The notes: generated from the letters alone by a model not told the origin. Counted from the first letter of the stretch, positions 10,237 to 20,058 are shown. The stretch: DNA of 64,000 nucleotides from Clostridia bacterium (GCA_045577075.1 JAZNHR010000025.1:65136-129135), one strand, 5' to 3'. A program made the numbers and translations.

Positions 10237-10344
10237 ACGATCACTCCTACTAAAATTTACTTACTATTTTACAACAAAAACGCACGTAAATCAAGTGGAT
10301 TTTGAAAAAAATAGAAAATCCCGGAAAAAATCTTTTTTCCACGC

Positions 10345-10374
10345 TTGACAGGGGGGTGATTTCTAGGGTATAAT
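10345..10374 (+). promoter_or_regulatory. sigma-A-type promoter upstream of recA
   Basis: TTGACA at 10345-10350, an 18 nt spacer, and TATAAT at 10369-10374. Confidence 0.5.
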
Positions 10375-10398
10375 TATAGGAAGTAAGGAGTGTTTACT

Positions 10399-11427
10399 AT
10401 GTCAGAAAAGAAAAAAGCCCTCGAGGCGGCAATGGGCCAAATTGAAAAGCAGTTTGGCAAGGGTGCCGTCATGAAAATGGGCGAGAATACACATTTAAAC
10501 ATTGAAGCCATTCCCACAGGCAGCCTTGCCCTCGACCTTGCCCTTGGCATCGGCGGCGTCCCCAGAGGCAGAATTGTGGAAATATATGGGCCGGAATCCT
10601 CCGGTAAAACAACGGTTGCCCTGCATATTATTGCGGAAGCGCAGAAGCGTGGCGGCGAGGTTGCGTTTATCGACGCCGAGCACGCCCTCGACCCCCAGTA
10701 CGCCAAAAATCTAGGCGTAGATGTGGACGAGCTGATTGTAGCCCAGCCCGATACAGGCGAGCAGGCACTTGAAATCGCGGAGGCACTCGTTCGAAGCGGT
10801 GCACTCGATGTTTTGGTAGTTGACTCTGTTGCTGCTCTTGTACCGAAGGCGGAAATCGAAGGCGAAATGGGGGATTCCCACGTAGGCCTGCAGGCACGCC
10901 TTATGAGCCAGGCACTTCGTAAGCTTGCCGGCGTTGTGAATAAATCCAACACCACCGCAATCTTCATAAATCAGCTGCGTGAAAAGGTGGGTGTAATGTA
11001 CGGCAACCCCGAGGTTACAACGGGTGGACGGGCACTCAAGTTCTACGCCTCTGTCCGTCTTGACGTTCGCCGCATTGAAGGCATTAAAGTAGACGGCAAC
11101 ATTATTGGCAACCGCACCAGAATCAAGGTTGTAAAAAATAAGGTTGCACCGCCCTTTAGAGAAGCGGAATGTGACATTATGTACGGTCAGGGCATCTCGA
11201 AGGTGGGCAACGTGTTAGACCTTGCCGCGGAATACGGCTTCCTCGATAAGAGCGGTGCCTGGTATTCCTATGAAGGGCAGAGAATCGGTCAGGGCAGAGA
11301 GAATGCGAAAAAGTTCCTTTCTGAAAACCCTGCCATCATGGAAGAGCTGGAAAACAAGGTCAGAGAAAAGGTCGGCGCGGTGGTGGACAGAGCCAAAAAG
11401 GATGCAGAAAAAGCAGACGCAGAATAA
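10399..11427 (+). CDS. recA: recombinase RecA
   Basis: GPESSGKTT Walker A and the overall RecA sequence. An AAGGAG RBS sits 8 nt before the ATG at 10399; the track start 10390 is a GTG. Confidence 0.95.
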   Translation: MSEKKKALEAAMGQIEKQFGKGAVMKMGENTHLNIEAIPTGSLALDLALGIGGVPRGRIVEIYGPESSGKTTVALHIIAEAQKRGGEVAFIDAEHALDPQYAKNLGVDVDELIVAQPDTGEQALEIAEALVRSGALDVLVVDSVAALVPKAEIEGEMGDSHVGLQARLMSQALRKLAGVVNKSNTTAIFINQLREKVGVMYGNPEVTTGGRALKFYASVRLDVRRIEGIKVDGNIIGNRTRIKVVKNKVAPPFREAECDIMYGQGISKVGNVLDLAAEYGFLDKSGAWYSYEGQRIGQGRENAKKFLSENPAIMEELENKVREKVGAVVDRAKKDAEKADAE

Positions 11428-11442
11428 AATCACCAAAAAGGC

Positions 11443-11471
11443 TTGCAAGAAAATGCCTTTCATGATATAAT
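11443..11471 (+). promoter_or_regulatory. sigma-A-type promoter driving the T-box leader and pheST
   Basis: TTGCAA at 11443-11448, a 17 nt spacer, and TATAAT at 11466-11471. Confidence 0.5.
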
Positions 11472-11720
11472 GCCATAAAAGCGATGAACGGGAGAGTAGG
11501 CAGAAGGTACCTTTCAGAGAGAAAAAACGCCATGGGCTGGAAGCGTTTTAAAGGGAAATCGGCTGAAGTTCACCCGGGAGCTGTGCGCTTGAACGCTAAG
11601 TAGGGCGTGCCGGGGGAAACACGTAACGTTTTTGAAAGAAGTGCCCACGAAATGTGGGAATTAGGGTGGTACCGCGATTATGATGTCGTCCCTATCGATG
11701 GATAGGGGCGACTTTTTTAA
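11472..11720 (+). promoter_or_regulatory. T-box riboswitch leader, most likely Phe-specific, controlling pheS-pheT
   Basis: The conserved T-box sequence AATTAGGGTGGTACCGCG lies at about 11659-11676. AGAGA and AGTA elements occur near the 5' end. UUC-A candidates for the specifier exist in Stem I. A terminator hairpin follows directly, then the pheS RBS. Confidence 0.85.
11685..11718 (+). terminator. T-box expression-platform intrinsic terminator
   Basis: GTCGTCCCTATC-GATG-GATAGGGGCGAC hairpin plus TTTTTT. Its 5' half can pair with the T-box antiterminator sequence. Confidence 0.7.
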
Positions 11721-11734
11721 TTTAGGAGGTTAGT

Positions 11735-12766
11735 ATGAACGAGAAAATTGCACAGATGCGGCAAACGATTACCGAGGAGCTTTCCGCGAGTCTTGGAAGA
11801 GAAGGCTTTGCGAAGCTTCGGGAGCGGTTTTTAAGCCGCAGTGGCGAAATCCCGAATCTCATGAAGGAAATGAAAAACATTCCGAAGGAGGACAGACCTG
11901 CTTTCGGTAAAATCGTCAACGAGTTTAAAGTATGGGCAGAAGAAAAGTTTGACGAGGTGGACGAAGCCATCAAAAAGGCAGACCTTGCCGCGAAAAACGC
12001 AAGCGAAGCGGTGGACGTTACCATGCCTGCCTCTAAAAATGAAACAGGGTCTCTGCATCCCGTTACCATTACGAAAAACGAGATTATTTCCATTTTCCAG
12101 GGCATGGGCTTTGATGTGTTTGAAGGCCCGGAAATTGAAACCGATTACTATAACTTTACGGCACTGAATGTGCCCGAGGACCATCCGGCGCGCGCGGAGC
12201 AGGACACCTTTTATATTACCGAAAAGATTTTACTCCGCACCCAGACTTCTCCCGGACAGGTACGCACCATGGAGGCAAAAAAGCCCCCCATTAAAGTGCT
12301 GAGCCCCGGCAGAGTTTTCCGTTCGGACTATGATGCGACCCACTCGCCCATGTTCCACCAGATGGAAGGGCTTGTGGTAGACAAAAACATTTCCGTCTGT
12401 GACCTTTATGGCATGCTGGACCTCCTTGCCAAAAAGATTTTCTCCAGCGACACGAAAACAAGACTGCGCCCGTCCTTCTTCCCATTCACCGAGCCCAGCG
12501 TGGAAGTTGACGTTACCTGCTGTGAATGTGGCGGTAAAGGCTGTAAGCTTTGTAAGGGCACGGGCTGGATTGAAGTTCTTGGCGGCGGGATTGTAAACCG
12601 CGTCGTTTTGGAAAACTGCGGTATTGACCCGGAAGAATATTCCGGCCTTGCCTTCGGCATTGGTATTGACAGAATTGCCATGCTCAAATACGGCATCAAC
12701 AACATTCACATTCTGTTTGATAACGATATCAGAACGCTGCGCCAGTTCCGGCAAGAACAGAGATAG
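11735..12766 (+). CDS. pheS: phenylalanine--tRNA ligase alpha subunit
   Basis: Class II aaRS motifs and overall PheS similarity. AGGAGG RBS. Confidence 0.95.
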   Translation: MNEKIAQMRQTITEELSASLGREGFAKLRERFLSRSGEIPNLMKEMKNIPKEDRPAFGKIVNEFKVWAEEKFDEVDEAIKKADLAAKNASEAVDVTMPASKNETGSLHPVTITKNEIISIFQGMGFDVFEGPEIETDYYNFTALNVPEDHPARAEQDTFYITEKILLRTQTSPGQVRTMEAKKPPIKVLSPGRVFRSDYDATHSPMFHQMEGLVVDKNISVCDLYGMLDLLAKKIFSSDTKTRLRPSFFPFTEPSVEVDVTCCECGGKGCKLCKGTGWIEVLGGGIVNRVVLENCGIDPEEYSGLAFGIGIDRIAMLKYGINNIHILFDNDIRTLRQFRQEQR

Positions 12767-12777
12767 GGGGTAATGAG

Positions 12778-15174
12778 ATGAAAGCACCACTGAGTTGGCT
12801 TCGTGATTATGTAGATATTGATATACCGGTAGAAGAATTACAAGAAAAGCTTTTCTCCAGCGGCTTTGAGGTAGAAGAACTGATTTACCTCGGTGAGGAA
12901 GTTACGAAATGTGTTGTGGGACAGATTACCCACATTGAAAAGCATCAGGATTCGGACCACCTCCAGATTTGTCGCCTCGATTGTGGCGACGAATACGGCC
13001 GCGAATTGCAAATTGTTACGGGCGCGGATAATGTATTTGTAGGTGCCAAAGTCCCTGTGGCTCTGGATGGGTCTACCCTTGCCGGTGGCATCAAGATTAA
13101 AAAAGGCAAGCTCCGGGGCGTAGAATCAAACGGCATGCTTTGCTCGGGAGAAGAACTCGGCATTGACGGGAACTGGTACGAGGGCGCCGACGTTTACGGT
13201 ATTTTGATTTTAGAGGACAGCGCACCCATTGGGGAAGATATCCGAAAAATTGTAGGGCTTGACGATTACGTGTTTGATATTTCCATCACCGCAAACCGGC
13301 CGGATTGCCAGTCTATTCTTGGCCTGGCACGGGAAATTGCTGCCATTTTGAATCGACCCGTGAAAATGCCGGATCTGTCTTATACGGCACACAAAGAAGC
13401 GAATGATGATGCAATTCAAGTAAAAGTACAGGCACCGGATTTATGCCCTCGGTATATTGCCCACTATGTCCGCGATGTAAAAATCGAACAATCACCGCTT
13501 TGGATGCGGAAACGCTTGGCACTCGTAGGCCTTAGCGCCATCAGCAATATTGTAGACATCACAAACTTTATTTTGATGGAGCTTGGGCAGCCCATGCACG
13601 CCTTTGACCTAGAGGACCTCGACGGCAAAACCATTGATGTCCGTCGTGCCAAAAACGGTGAAAAAATTACAACGCTGGACGAGAAAGAATTTACCTTAAA
13701 CGAAAATAATCTCGTCATCTGTGACGCCAACCGTCCCGTTGCTCTCGCCGGCATTATGGGCGGTCTGAACAGTGAAATTAAAGATAGTACGAAGGACGTG
13801 GTATTTGAGTCGGCAAAGTTTGCAAGAGACAGCGTTCGAAAAACATCCAGAAGCCTTGGCCAGTCCTCCGATTCCAGCGCAAAGTTCTGCAAAGGCGTGG
13901 ACGAATATACAACGCAGTGCGCCATAAAGCGTGCCCTCCACCTTGTGGAAGAGCTTGGATGCGGCACCGTTTCCGAAACGGGTTATGAAATTGCGGCGAA
14001 GGAAATCCAGCCCAAAGTTATCAAAACCACATACGGGAAAATCAATAAAGTTTTGGGCATTACCGTGCCGAGCGAAAAAATCGTGGACATTTTAAGAAGT
14101 CTCGAATTTTCCGTTGAAACAGCGGGAGAGAATTTAACGGTTACGGCACCCCTTTATAGAGAAGATGTTTTCGGCTATGAGGATTTGGCGGAAGAAGTGA
14201 TTCGTCTTTACGGCTATGACCATATAAAGCCCCAGATGCTCTCTTTTGCGGCGGTAACAAACGGCGGCCTCTCCTTGGCACAGAAGCTGGAGCTGAAGGC
14301 GAAAAGTGCGCTTACAAAGCAGGGCGCGTTTGAAACGGTAACCTTTAGCTTCTATTCCCCGAAGGAACTGGATATGCTTCGCTTGCCTGCGGACAGCCCC
14401 CTTCGAAACGCCATTCGCATTGATAATCCCATCAGTGAACATTATTCTATTATGTGTACAACACTTGTGCCTAATATTATAAATATAATGGTGAAGAACT
14501 TTAAAAACGGCAATGACGAAGGCAGATTCTTTGAACTTGCAAACGTGTATATTGCCGAGTCCCTGCCCCTTACCAAATTACCGGCAGAAAACAAGACGAT
14601 TGCCATCGGCGCCTATGGAGACAGCGAGGACTTCTTCAAGGTCAAGGGCATTATAGAAGGTCTTGCAGACGAATTCAACCTTTCCTTTACCTACCGGAAA
14701 GCGGAAAAACCCTTCCTGCACCCGGGCATGACCGCAGAAATCCTTTGTGGCGACACAGTTGTGGGCTACCTTGGCAAGCTTGCCTATGAGGTGTGCGAGG
14801 AAATTTCCCTCGGCAAGGACGCATTCGTGGCGGAAATTAGCTACGAAGAACTGAAAAAACACTTTAAAGCTAACATGAAATACGCACCCCTTCCCAAATT
14901 CCCCGATGTTGTGCGTGACTTTGCCTTTGTCTGCGACGAAGGGATTACTTGCGGCGAAATTGAAGCGGCAATCCGTTCTGCCTCTAAGAACGTTTTGGAT
15001 ATTCGCCTTTTCGATATTTTCCGCGGTAAGCAGATTGGCGAAGGCAAAAAGAGTATGGCATATACCGTGACGCTCCGCGCAGGCGAAAAGGCACTGGAAG
15101 ATGGGGCTGTTACAAAGATTACGGACAGAATTTTAAAAACACTCGAAAAGGAGCTGGGCGCAGTACTGCGCTAA
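12778..15174 (+). CDS. pheT: phenylalanine--tRNA ligase beta subunit
   Basis: About 800 aa; N-terminal tRNA-binding domain, B3/B4, B5 and FDX-ACB domains typical of PheT. It follows pheS immediately. Confidence 0.95.
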   Translation: MKAPLSWLRDYVDIDIPVEELQEKLFSSGFEVEELIYLGEEVTKCVVGQITHIEKHQDSDHLQICRLDCGDEYGRELQIVTGADNVFVGAKVPVALDGSTLAGGIKIKKGKLRGVESNGMLCSGEELGIDGNWYEGADVYGILILEDSAPIGEDIRKIVGLDDYVFDISITANRPDCQSILGLAREIAAILNRPVKMPDLSYTAHKEANDDAIQVKVQAPDLCPRYIAHYVRDVKIEQSPLWMRKRLALVGLSAISNIVDITNFILMELGQPMHAFDLEDLDGKTIDVRRAKNGEKITTLDEKEFTLNENNLVICDANRPVALAGIMGGLNSEIKDSTKDVVFESAKFARDSVRKTSRSLGQSSDSSAKFCKGVDEYTTQCAIKRALHLVEELGCGTVSETGYEIAAKEIQPKVIKTTYGKINKVLGITVPSEKIVDILRSLEFSVETAGENLTVTAPLYREDVFGYEDLAEEVIRLYGYDHIKPQMLSFAAVTNGGLSLAQKLELKAKSALTKQGAFETVTFSFYSPKELDMLRLPADSPLRNAIRIDNPISEHYSIMCTTLVPNIINIMVKNFKNGNDEGRFFELANVYIAESLPLTKLPAENKTIAIGAYGDSEDFFKVKGIIEGLADEFNLSFTYRKAEKPFLHPGMTAEILCGDTVVGYLGKLAYEVCEEISLGKDAFVAEISYEELKKHFKANMKYAPLPKFPDVVRDFAFVCDEGITCGEIEAAIRSASKNVLDIRLFDIFRGKQIGEGKKSMAYTVTLRAGEKALEDGAVTKITDRILKTLEKELGAVLR

Positions 15175-15181
15175 GAAGGCT

Positions 15182-15733
15182 ATGAAGTACACAATGACCA
15201 TTGCAGGGCAAAGCCGTGCGTTGCCCCTTTGCCCTTTAAATGAAAACCTTTATATCGGTGCCTTTGTGATGTTTGGGGATGTGGAGCTGACTACTGCCTC
15301 TGCCACCGCACTTCTTGAAAAAGCGCCGGACTTTGACGTTTTGGTCACGGCAGAATCGAAAGGGATTCCCCTCTGCTATGAAATGGCACGGCAAAGTGGA
15401 AAGCCGTATGTGGTAGCGAGAAAGGGCGCAAAGCTTTACATGGAGGATATTCTTAGGGCCGAAGTGCAGTCGATTACCACAAAGGGCGTGCAGACCTTAT
15501 GCATCGGCAAAAAAGAGCGAGAAACCATGAAAGACAGACGTGTTTTGATTGTGGATGATGTAATCAGCACCGGCGCATCCCTCGCCGTCGTCGAAAAACT
15601 TGTGGAGGCGGCAGGTGGCACGATTGTAGGCAAAATGGCGGTGCTTGCGGAAGGCGATGCTATATCGCGAGAAGATATATTGTATCTGGAAGAATTGCCG
15701 CTTTTTGACGGCAAAGGGAATCCGTTATCATGA
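15182..15733 (+). CDS. type I phosphoribosyltransferase-domain protein (Xpt/Apt-like), function unknown
   Basis: The PRPP-binding loop VLIVDDVISTGASL and the upstream LVTAESKGIPL...VVARK resemble Xpt/Apt. It starts 8 nt after the pheT stop with an AAGAAGG RBS. Confidence 0.6.
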   Translation: MKYTMTIAGQSRALPLCPLNENLYIGAFVMFGDVELTTASATALLEKAPDFDVLVTAESKGIPLCYEMARQSGKPYVVARKGAKLYMEDILRAEVQSITTKGVQTLCIGKKERETMKDRRVLIVDDVISTGASLAVVEKLVEAAGGTIVGKMAVLAEGDAISREDILYLEELPLFDGKGNPLS

Positions 15734-17196
15734 GTAAAAAAAGAAAGGGCACAAAGGGACTTGTCCCTGCGCCCGAATATGAAGCATTTTTGCACAGAAT
15801 TTTATATCGGACCGAACTTCCCAAAAAGGAAACAAAGGCGCTGAAAGAGGACTTTTTGCGCCTTTTTGCCTTTTATACCGGGCAGGGTATGACCGCATGC
15901 GAAATTGAGAAACGGGTGGGGGACGATATCCTCGGGGACTTTTATCGGCCGGCGTCCCCTCATCTTTGGTATCGGCTGGATAGCGCCGCAAAGGTTTACC
16001 CCCTTTCCATGACCCATACGAAGCAGACCGTATTTCGCGTGTCCGCTTACATGAAAGACGCTGTGGTGCCGGCAGTACTGCAGGTGGCACTTCTCTCTGT
16101 TTTGAAGCGGTATCCCCTTTTTGCAACAGCAATGAAGCGCGGCGTATTCTGGCATTACTTTGATGCTGTGCGGTGCCGCTTTTCCGTGCGCGAAGAAAAG
16201 GAGCCACCTTGCTCGTCCATCTTCCTCGGTGGTAGGCAGACGCCCTGTTTTCAGGTGCTTTATTATAAAAATAGAATTTCTCTGGAGATTTTCCATGTCT
16301 TGACGGACGGGACAGGGGCGATGGTGTTCCTAAAAAGTCTTGTCAAGGAATACTTACGGCTTTTGGGCTTTTCGGTTGCGGAAAGCCTGCCGTCACTTAC
16401 GGAAACACCCCACAGAGAGGAAACAGAAAATGCTTTTTCCCGTGCCGAAAAACAGAAAAAGGGAACAGGCTTCCTCCAGCACATGGCACTCCAGCCCGGG
16501 AAAGGCAAGAAAAAGCGGAAGGAAGCGCGCGTTTTGCATTTTATTATGCCCACAGCCGAGCTCCTCGCCGCGGCAAAACGGGAAGAGGCAACGGTGACGA
16601 CTTACCTGACAAGCTGTATTTTAAAGGCGGTATGGCACACGGCGGAATTTGCAGGGGAGAATGAGAGAATACAGGTACAGGTACCTGTTAACATGCGGCA
16701 GTTTTACCCGACGCGCTCCCTTCGTAACTTTTCCCTCTATGCCGTCATTTGCGTTCCCTTCAGCATGGAAGAACGAAGCGAAATGCTAAAGGAAACAAAA
16801 GCACAGCTTGGGGCGCAGACAACGCCCGAGTCTTTGGCTCGGATGCTTTATAGTGCCAACCAAATGGCAACAAACCCCTTTGTCCGCATAATGCCGCTGG
16901 GGCTTAAAGGGTACGTGCTGAAAAAGGTGTACGGTGTTTTGGGGGAGAGTGTACTTTCTGCCACCCTTTCCAATCTCGGCAAAGTGGAAGAAGATTTCGG
17001 CGACCATGTTCAGTTTTTTGATTTTGTGCTTGGGAAAACGAGCAGTCAAAATATAAAATGCACCTTGGTGTCCTATGGGGATACAGCGGTGCTGACGGTC
17101 ACGGATGCCCTTCGGGACAGCCGTTTTCAGGAAAGCCTTGCGCGCAGCCTTCGCGAAAGCGACGTTTCGTTTTATATTGAGGGGGTGGCAAGATGA
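15730..17196 (+). CDS. CoA-dependent acyltransferase-superfamily protein with an HxxxDG motif (alcohol acetyltransferase/WS-DGAT/condensation-like fold), function unknown
   Basis: FHVLTDGTGAMVFL matches the catalytic HxxxDG motif. It is 488 aa with a basic N-terminus. It overlaps the upstream gene by 4 nt (ATGA), which implies translational coupling. Confidence 0.55.
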   Translation: MSKKRKGTKGLVPAPEYEAFLHRILYRTELPKKETKALKEDFLRLFAFYTGQGMTACEIEKRVGDDILGDFYRPASPHLWYRLDSAAKVYPLSMTHTKQTVFRVSAYMKDAVVPAVLQVALLSVLKRYPLFATAMKRGVFWHYFDAVRCRFSVREEKEPPCSSIFLGGRQTPCFQVLYYKNRISLEIFHVLTDGTGAMVFLKSLVKEYLRLLGFSVAESLPSLTETPHREETENAFSRAEKQKKGTGFLQHMALQPGKGKKKRKEARVLHFIMPTAELLAAAKREEATVTTYLTSCILKAVWHTAEFAGENERIQVQVPVNMRQFYPTRSLRNFSLYAVICVPFSMEERSEMLKETKAQLGAQTTPESLARMLYSANQMATNPFVRIMPLGLKGYVLKKVYGVLGESVLSATLSNLGKVEEDFGDHVQFFDFVLGKTSSQNIKCTLVSYGDTAVLTVTDALRDSRFQESLARSLRESDVSFYIEGVAR

Positions 17197-17849
17197 GAGA
17201 ATGCTTGGCCTGTAAAGCGCGAATCGGCGATAGCTTTTCCGTTTGCCCCATTTGCGGCTTAAAACAGGATAATCCGGACCCGCAAGCGGCCTTTTATCCC
17301 AAAGCACGAAAGACCGGCACCCTCTTTTTCTGGCGCAGGCTCTTGGCGTTTTTTCTCTGGCTCGGCACTTTAGCGGCGGTCGTTGTCAACCTCTTCGTTG
17401 GCGGCGCACCGTGGTCGGTGTATGTGGTTTTGAGTGCGTATACACTTTGGGTCTGGTTTTTGTCTTTGGAGACGGCAGAGATTAGCCTGATTGGCCGTAT
17501 TCTTTCCGGAAGCGTTGCAATCGGCATTCTCCTTTGGGGGATTGAATACTTGACAAAGTCCGGCACATGGGCGACGGAAATTGTCATTCCGCTGGTGCTT
17601 TTTGCGGGCCTTCTGGTGTCTACTGTTCTATATTTCTCTGCGTTTCGTCGGTACCGGGCACAGTTTCTGCCCATGTTTGGCGTTGCCCTTATTTCTCTTG
17701 TGGCGGTTATTTTAGGCACATGGGGTATTTTGCCCATGCGTTGGCCGCTTGTGATGCTGTCCGCGTTTTCTGCAGCGGCAATTTTGGCCGTATTTTTCGC
17801 GTTTCGGAAAACGGTCCTTGCGGAATGCAAGAAAAAAATGCATCTGTAA
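17193..17849 (+). CDS. zinc-ribbon (CxxC...CxxC) polytopic membrane protein, function unknown
   Basis: The N-terminus CLACKARIGDSFSVCPICG is followed by 5-6 hydrophobic helices. It overlaps the upstream gene by 4 nt. Confidence 0.55.
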   Translation: MRECLACKARIGDSFSVCPICGLKQDNPDPQAAFYPKARKTGTLFFWRRLLAFFLWLGTLAAVVVNLFVGGAPWSVYVVLSAYTLWVWFLSLETAEISLIGRILSGSVAIGILLWGIEYLTKSGTWATEIVIPLVLFAGLLVSTVLYFSAFRRYRAQFLPMFGVALISLVAVILGTWGILPMRWPLVMLSAFSAAAILAVFFAFRKTVLAECKKKMHL

Positions 17850-17910
17850 GGGGAGCGTATGTAAAAGGGAACGGGGAGAAGATATTTCTGAATCAATTGC
17901 AAAGTAACTA

Positions 17911-17939
17911 TTGCTATTTTTATCTTCGTTTGGTATAAT
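17911..17939 (+). promoter_or_regulatory. sigma-A-type promoter for the esterase/oxidoreductase/ABC-exporter operon
   Basis: TTGCTA, a 17 nt spacer, and an extended -10 TGGTATAAT. Confidence 0.4.
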
Positions 17940-17965
17940 ATCGGGTAGAAGAAAGGAGGAACTAT

Positions 17966-19000
17966 ATGAAGCTCACTACAAAACAGATTCAAGAAATCAC
18001 CCTTGGTGCCGTTCGCTTTGAAGAAACGGAAAAAGGCATCGCATTTTATCGTTTTACGAAAGAACAAAGCGAGTGGTATGCACAGGTGAATGAAAATTTT
18101 TACATAAAGTCACTTTCGCCCGCAGGCGTAAAGCTTTCTTTTAAAACGGACAGCGAAAGTCTTTCTCTGAAACTGGAGACGATGGAAAGTGTATCGCGTT
18201 GGTATTTTTCGGTGGATGTTTTCAGTGACGGAAAGCTACTCGGCTACATTGACAACATTGGAGAAAAACCGCTTCCCGCGAATTATGCGTTTATGGATCG
18301 GACGGATGAAAATTATTCCCCAAAGCCCGGTACATATTTTAAAAAATTTGCATTGGGCACGGGTGAAAAAACCGTATGTGTGCACCTGCCCTGGTCTACA
18401 CAAATTTTTCTGTCGGAAATGGAACTGGATGACGGCGCTTTTATAGAAGCCGTAAAACCCGATAAGAAAGCACTCGTATTCGGGGACTCTATTACCCATG
18501 GCTATGATGCCCTTCGTCCGTCAAATCGTTATCCGGCAAAGCTTTGCGCTTTGCTTGATGCGGAAGAAATCAATAAGGCCATCGGCGGCGAGAAGTTCAA
18601 GCCCGAGCTTGCGGCCATGGGGGACGATTTTGTGCCGGATTTCATAACCGTTGCCTACGGCACGAACGACTGGGGTGGCAGCGAGAAGGAAGTTTTTCGT
18701 GCGGACTGTAAAGCGTTTTACGAAAATTTGCGAAAAAGCTATCCCAATACAAAAATTTTTGCCATTACACCCGTCTGGCGAAAAGATAAGGATGAAGAAA
18801 CAGCTTGCGGGCCTTTTGAAACGGCAGAAACATTCATCCGCGAAGCCGTGGAAAATCTGGATAATGTAACGGTTATTTCCGGAATGGACCTTGTGCCATG
18901 GGATGAGAATCTTTACGGAGACCTGCGGCTGCATCCGAATGACGAGGGCTTTGCCCTTTATTTTGAAAATTTGTATCAAGAAATCAGCAAAAAAATTTAA
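17966..19000 (+). CDS. SGNH/GDSL hydrolase with an N-terminal beta-sandwich domain (carbohydrate esterase family 2-like acetylesterase), cytoplasmic
   Basis: SGNH blocks are GDSITHGY (block I), GTNDW (block III) and DLRLHPNDEG (block V, DxxH). There is no signal peptide. RBS AAGGAGG. Confidence 0.7.
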   Translation: MKLTTKQIQEITLGAVRFEETEKGIAFYRFTKEQSEWYAQVNENFYIKSLSPAGVKLSFKTDSESLSLKLETMESVSRWYFSVDVFSDGKLLGYIDNIGEKPLPANYAFMDRTDENYSPKPGTYFKKFALGTGEKTVCVHLPWSTQIFLSEMELDDGAFIEAVKPDKKALVFGDSITHGYDALRPSNRYPAKLCALLDAEEINKAIGGEKFKPELAAMGDDFVPDFITVAYGTNDWGGSEKEVFRADCKAFYENLRKSYPNTKIFAITPVWRKDKDEETACGPFETAETFIREAVENLDNVTVISGMDLVPWDENLYGDLRLHPNDEGFALYFENLYQEISKKI

Positions 19001-19020
19001 AAGTGTAAAGGAGAATGAAC

Positions 19021-20058
19021 ATGAAAATTCGTTGGGGTATTATCGGATGTGGTGGCATTGCAAGAAAGAGAACGATTCCCGGTCTTATGATGGCAGAAAA
19101 TGCGGAGCTTGTAGCCGTTATGGACACAAACGCTACTTTTGCGGAGGAAGTAAAGACGGAATTTGGCGCAAAGTACGCGTTTTCCGATTTAGAGTCGCTC
19201 CTCGCTTTAGAGGAAGTAGACGCCGTATACATTGCAACGCCTGTCTTTTGCCATAAGGATCAGGTCATTGCTGCGGCAGACCACGGAAAGCACATTTTGC
19301 TGGAAAAGCCCATGGCAATGACGAGCAAAGATGCAGAAGAAATTAGGGACTACTGCGAGGAAAAGGGCGTTCGCCTTTCTATCGGCTTTATGATGCGCTT
19401 CCATGCCTATCATGAAGAAGCAAAACGCCTCATTGAAGAAGGCGTAATCGGAAATGTTGTCTCTATCCGTTCTCAGTTTTCCTGCTGGTATCCGGATATG
19501 GGCGAATGGCGACAGGATAAGGCAAAATCCGGCGGTGGTTCACTTGTGGATATGGGTGTGCATTGTATTGATCTTGCACAGTACATCACAGGCCTTCGAG
19601 CCAAAGAAGTAGCGGCATTTTGCGAAACCCAGACCTTCTCGTATACGGTAGACGACAGCGCAAGCGTGCTGATGAAAATGGATAACGGTGCCCTTTGCGT
19701 CATCGAATCTAACTTTAATATTCCTGATGATGCCGTCACCGGCAAAATTGAAATATATGGTACTAAGGGCAGCATTCGTGCAGACGGCACCCTCGGGCAG
19801 GAAGAACTAGGTACAATCCAGGTGTTCCGGAGCGATGATAGCCGTGGCTATGACCCTACGCAGGAATTTATTGACATTGTGCCCATGGAAGTAAATGTTT
19901 CTACAGGCAATATGTATACAAAAGAAGTGGAACGCTTCGGCGAGGCGATTGTTAGTGGCACGCCGTCCCCTGCTTCGGCAGAGGATGCGATTTTCGTCCA
20001 GAAAATCGTAGAGGCCGCGTATCGCTCCAGTGAAGAAAAGCGTTTTGTAACGGTATAA
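19021..20058 (+). CDS. Gfo/Idh/MocA-family NAD(P)-dependent oxidoreductase
   Basis: IRWGIIGCGGIA Rossmann N-terminus and the EKP motif. An AAGGAG RBS sits 8 nt before the ATG at 19021. Confidence 0.8.
   Translation: MKIRWGIIGCGGIARKRTIPGLMMAENAELVAVMDTNATFAEEVKTEFGAKYAFSDLESLLALEEVDAVYIATPVFCHKDQVIAAADHGKHILLEKPMAMTSKDAEEIRDYCEEKGVRLSIGFMMRFHAYHEEAKRLIEEGVIGNVVSIRSQFSCWYPDMGEWRQDKAKSGGGSLVDMGVHCIDLAQYITGLRAKEVAAFCETQTFSYTVDDSASVLMKMDNGALCVIESNFNIPDDAVTGKIEIYGTKGSIRADGTLGQEELGTIQVFRSDDSRGYDPTQEFIDIVPMEVNVSTGNMYTKEVERFGEAIVSGTPSPASAEDAIFVQKIVEAAYRSSEEKRFVTV

Noticed and set aside
17294-18067. 257 aa minus-strand ORF overlapping the zinc-ribbon membrane protein gene
   Set aside because: The plus-strand gene has a coherent zinc-ribbon plus TM architecture and translational coupling to its neighbour. 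The minus ORF has no RBS and no features.
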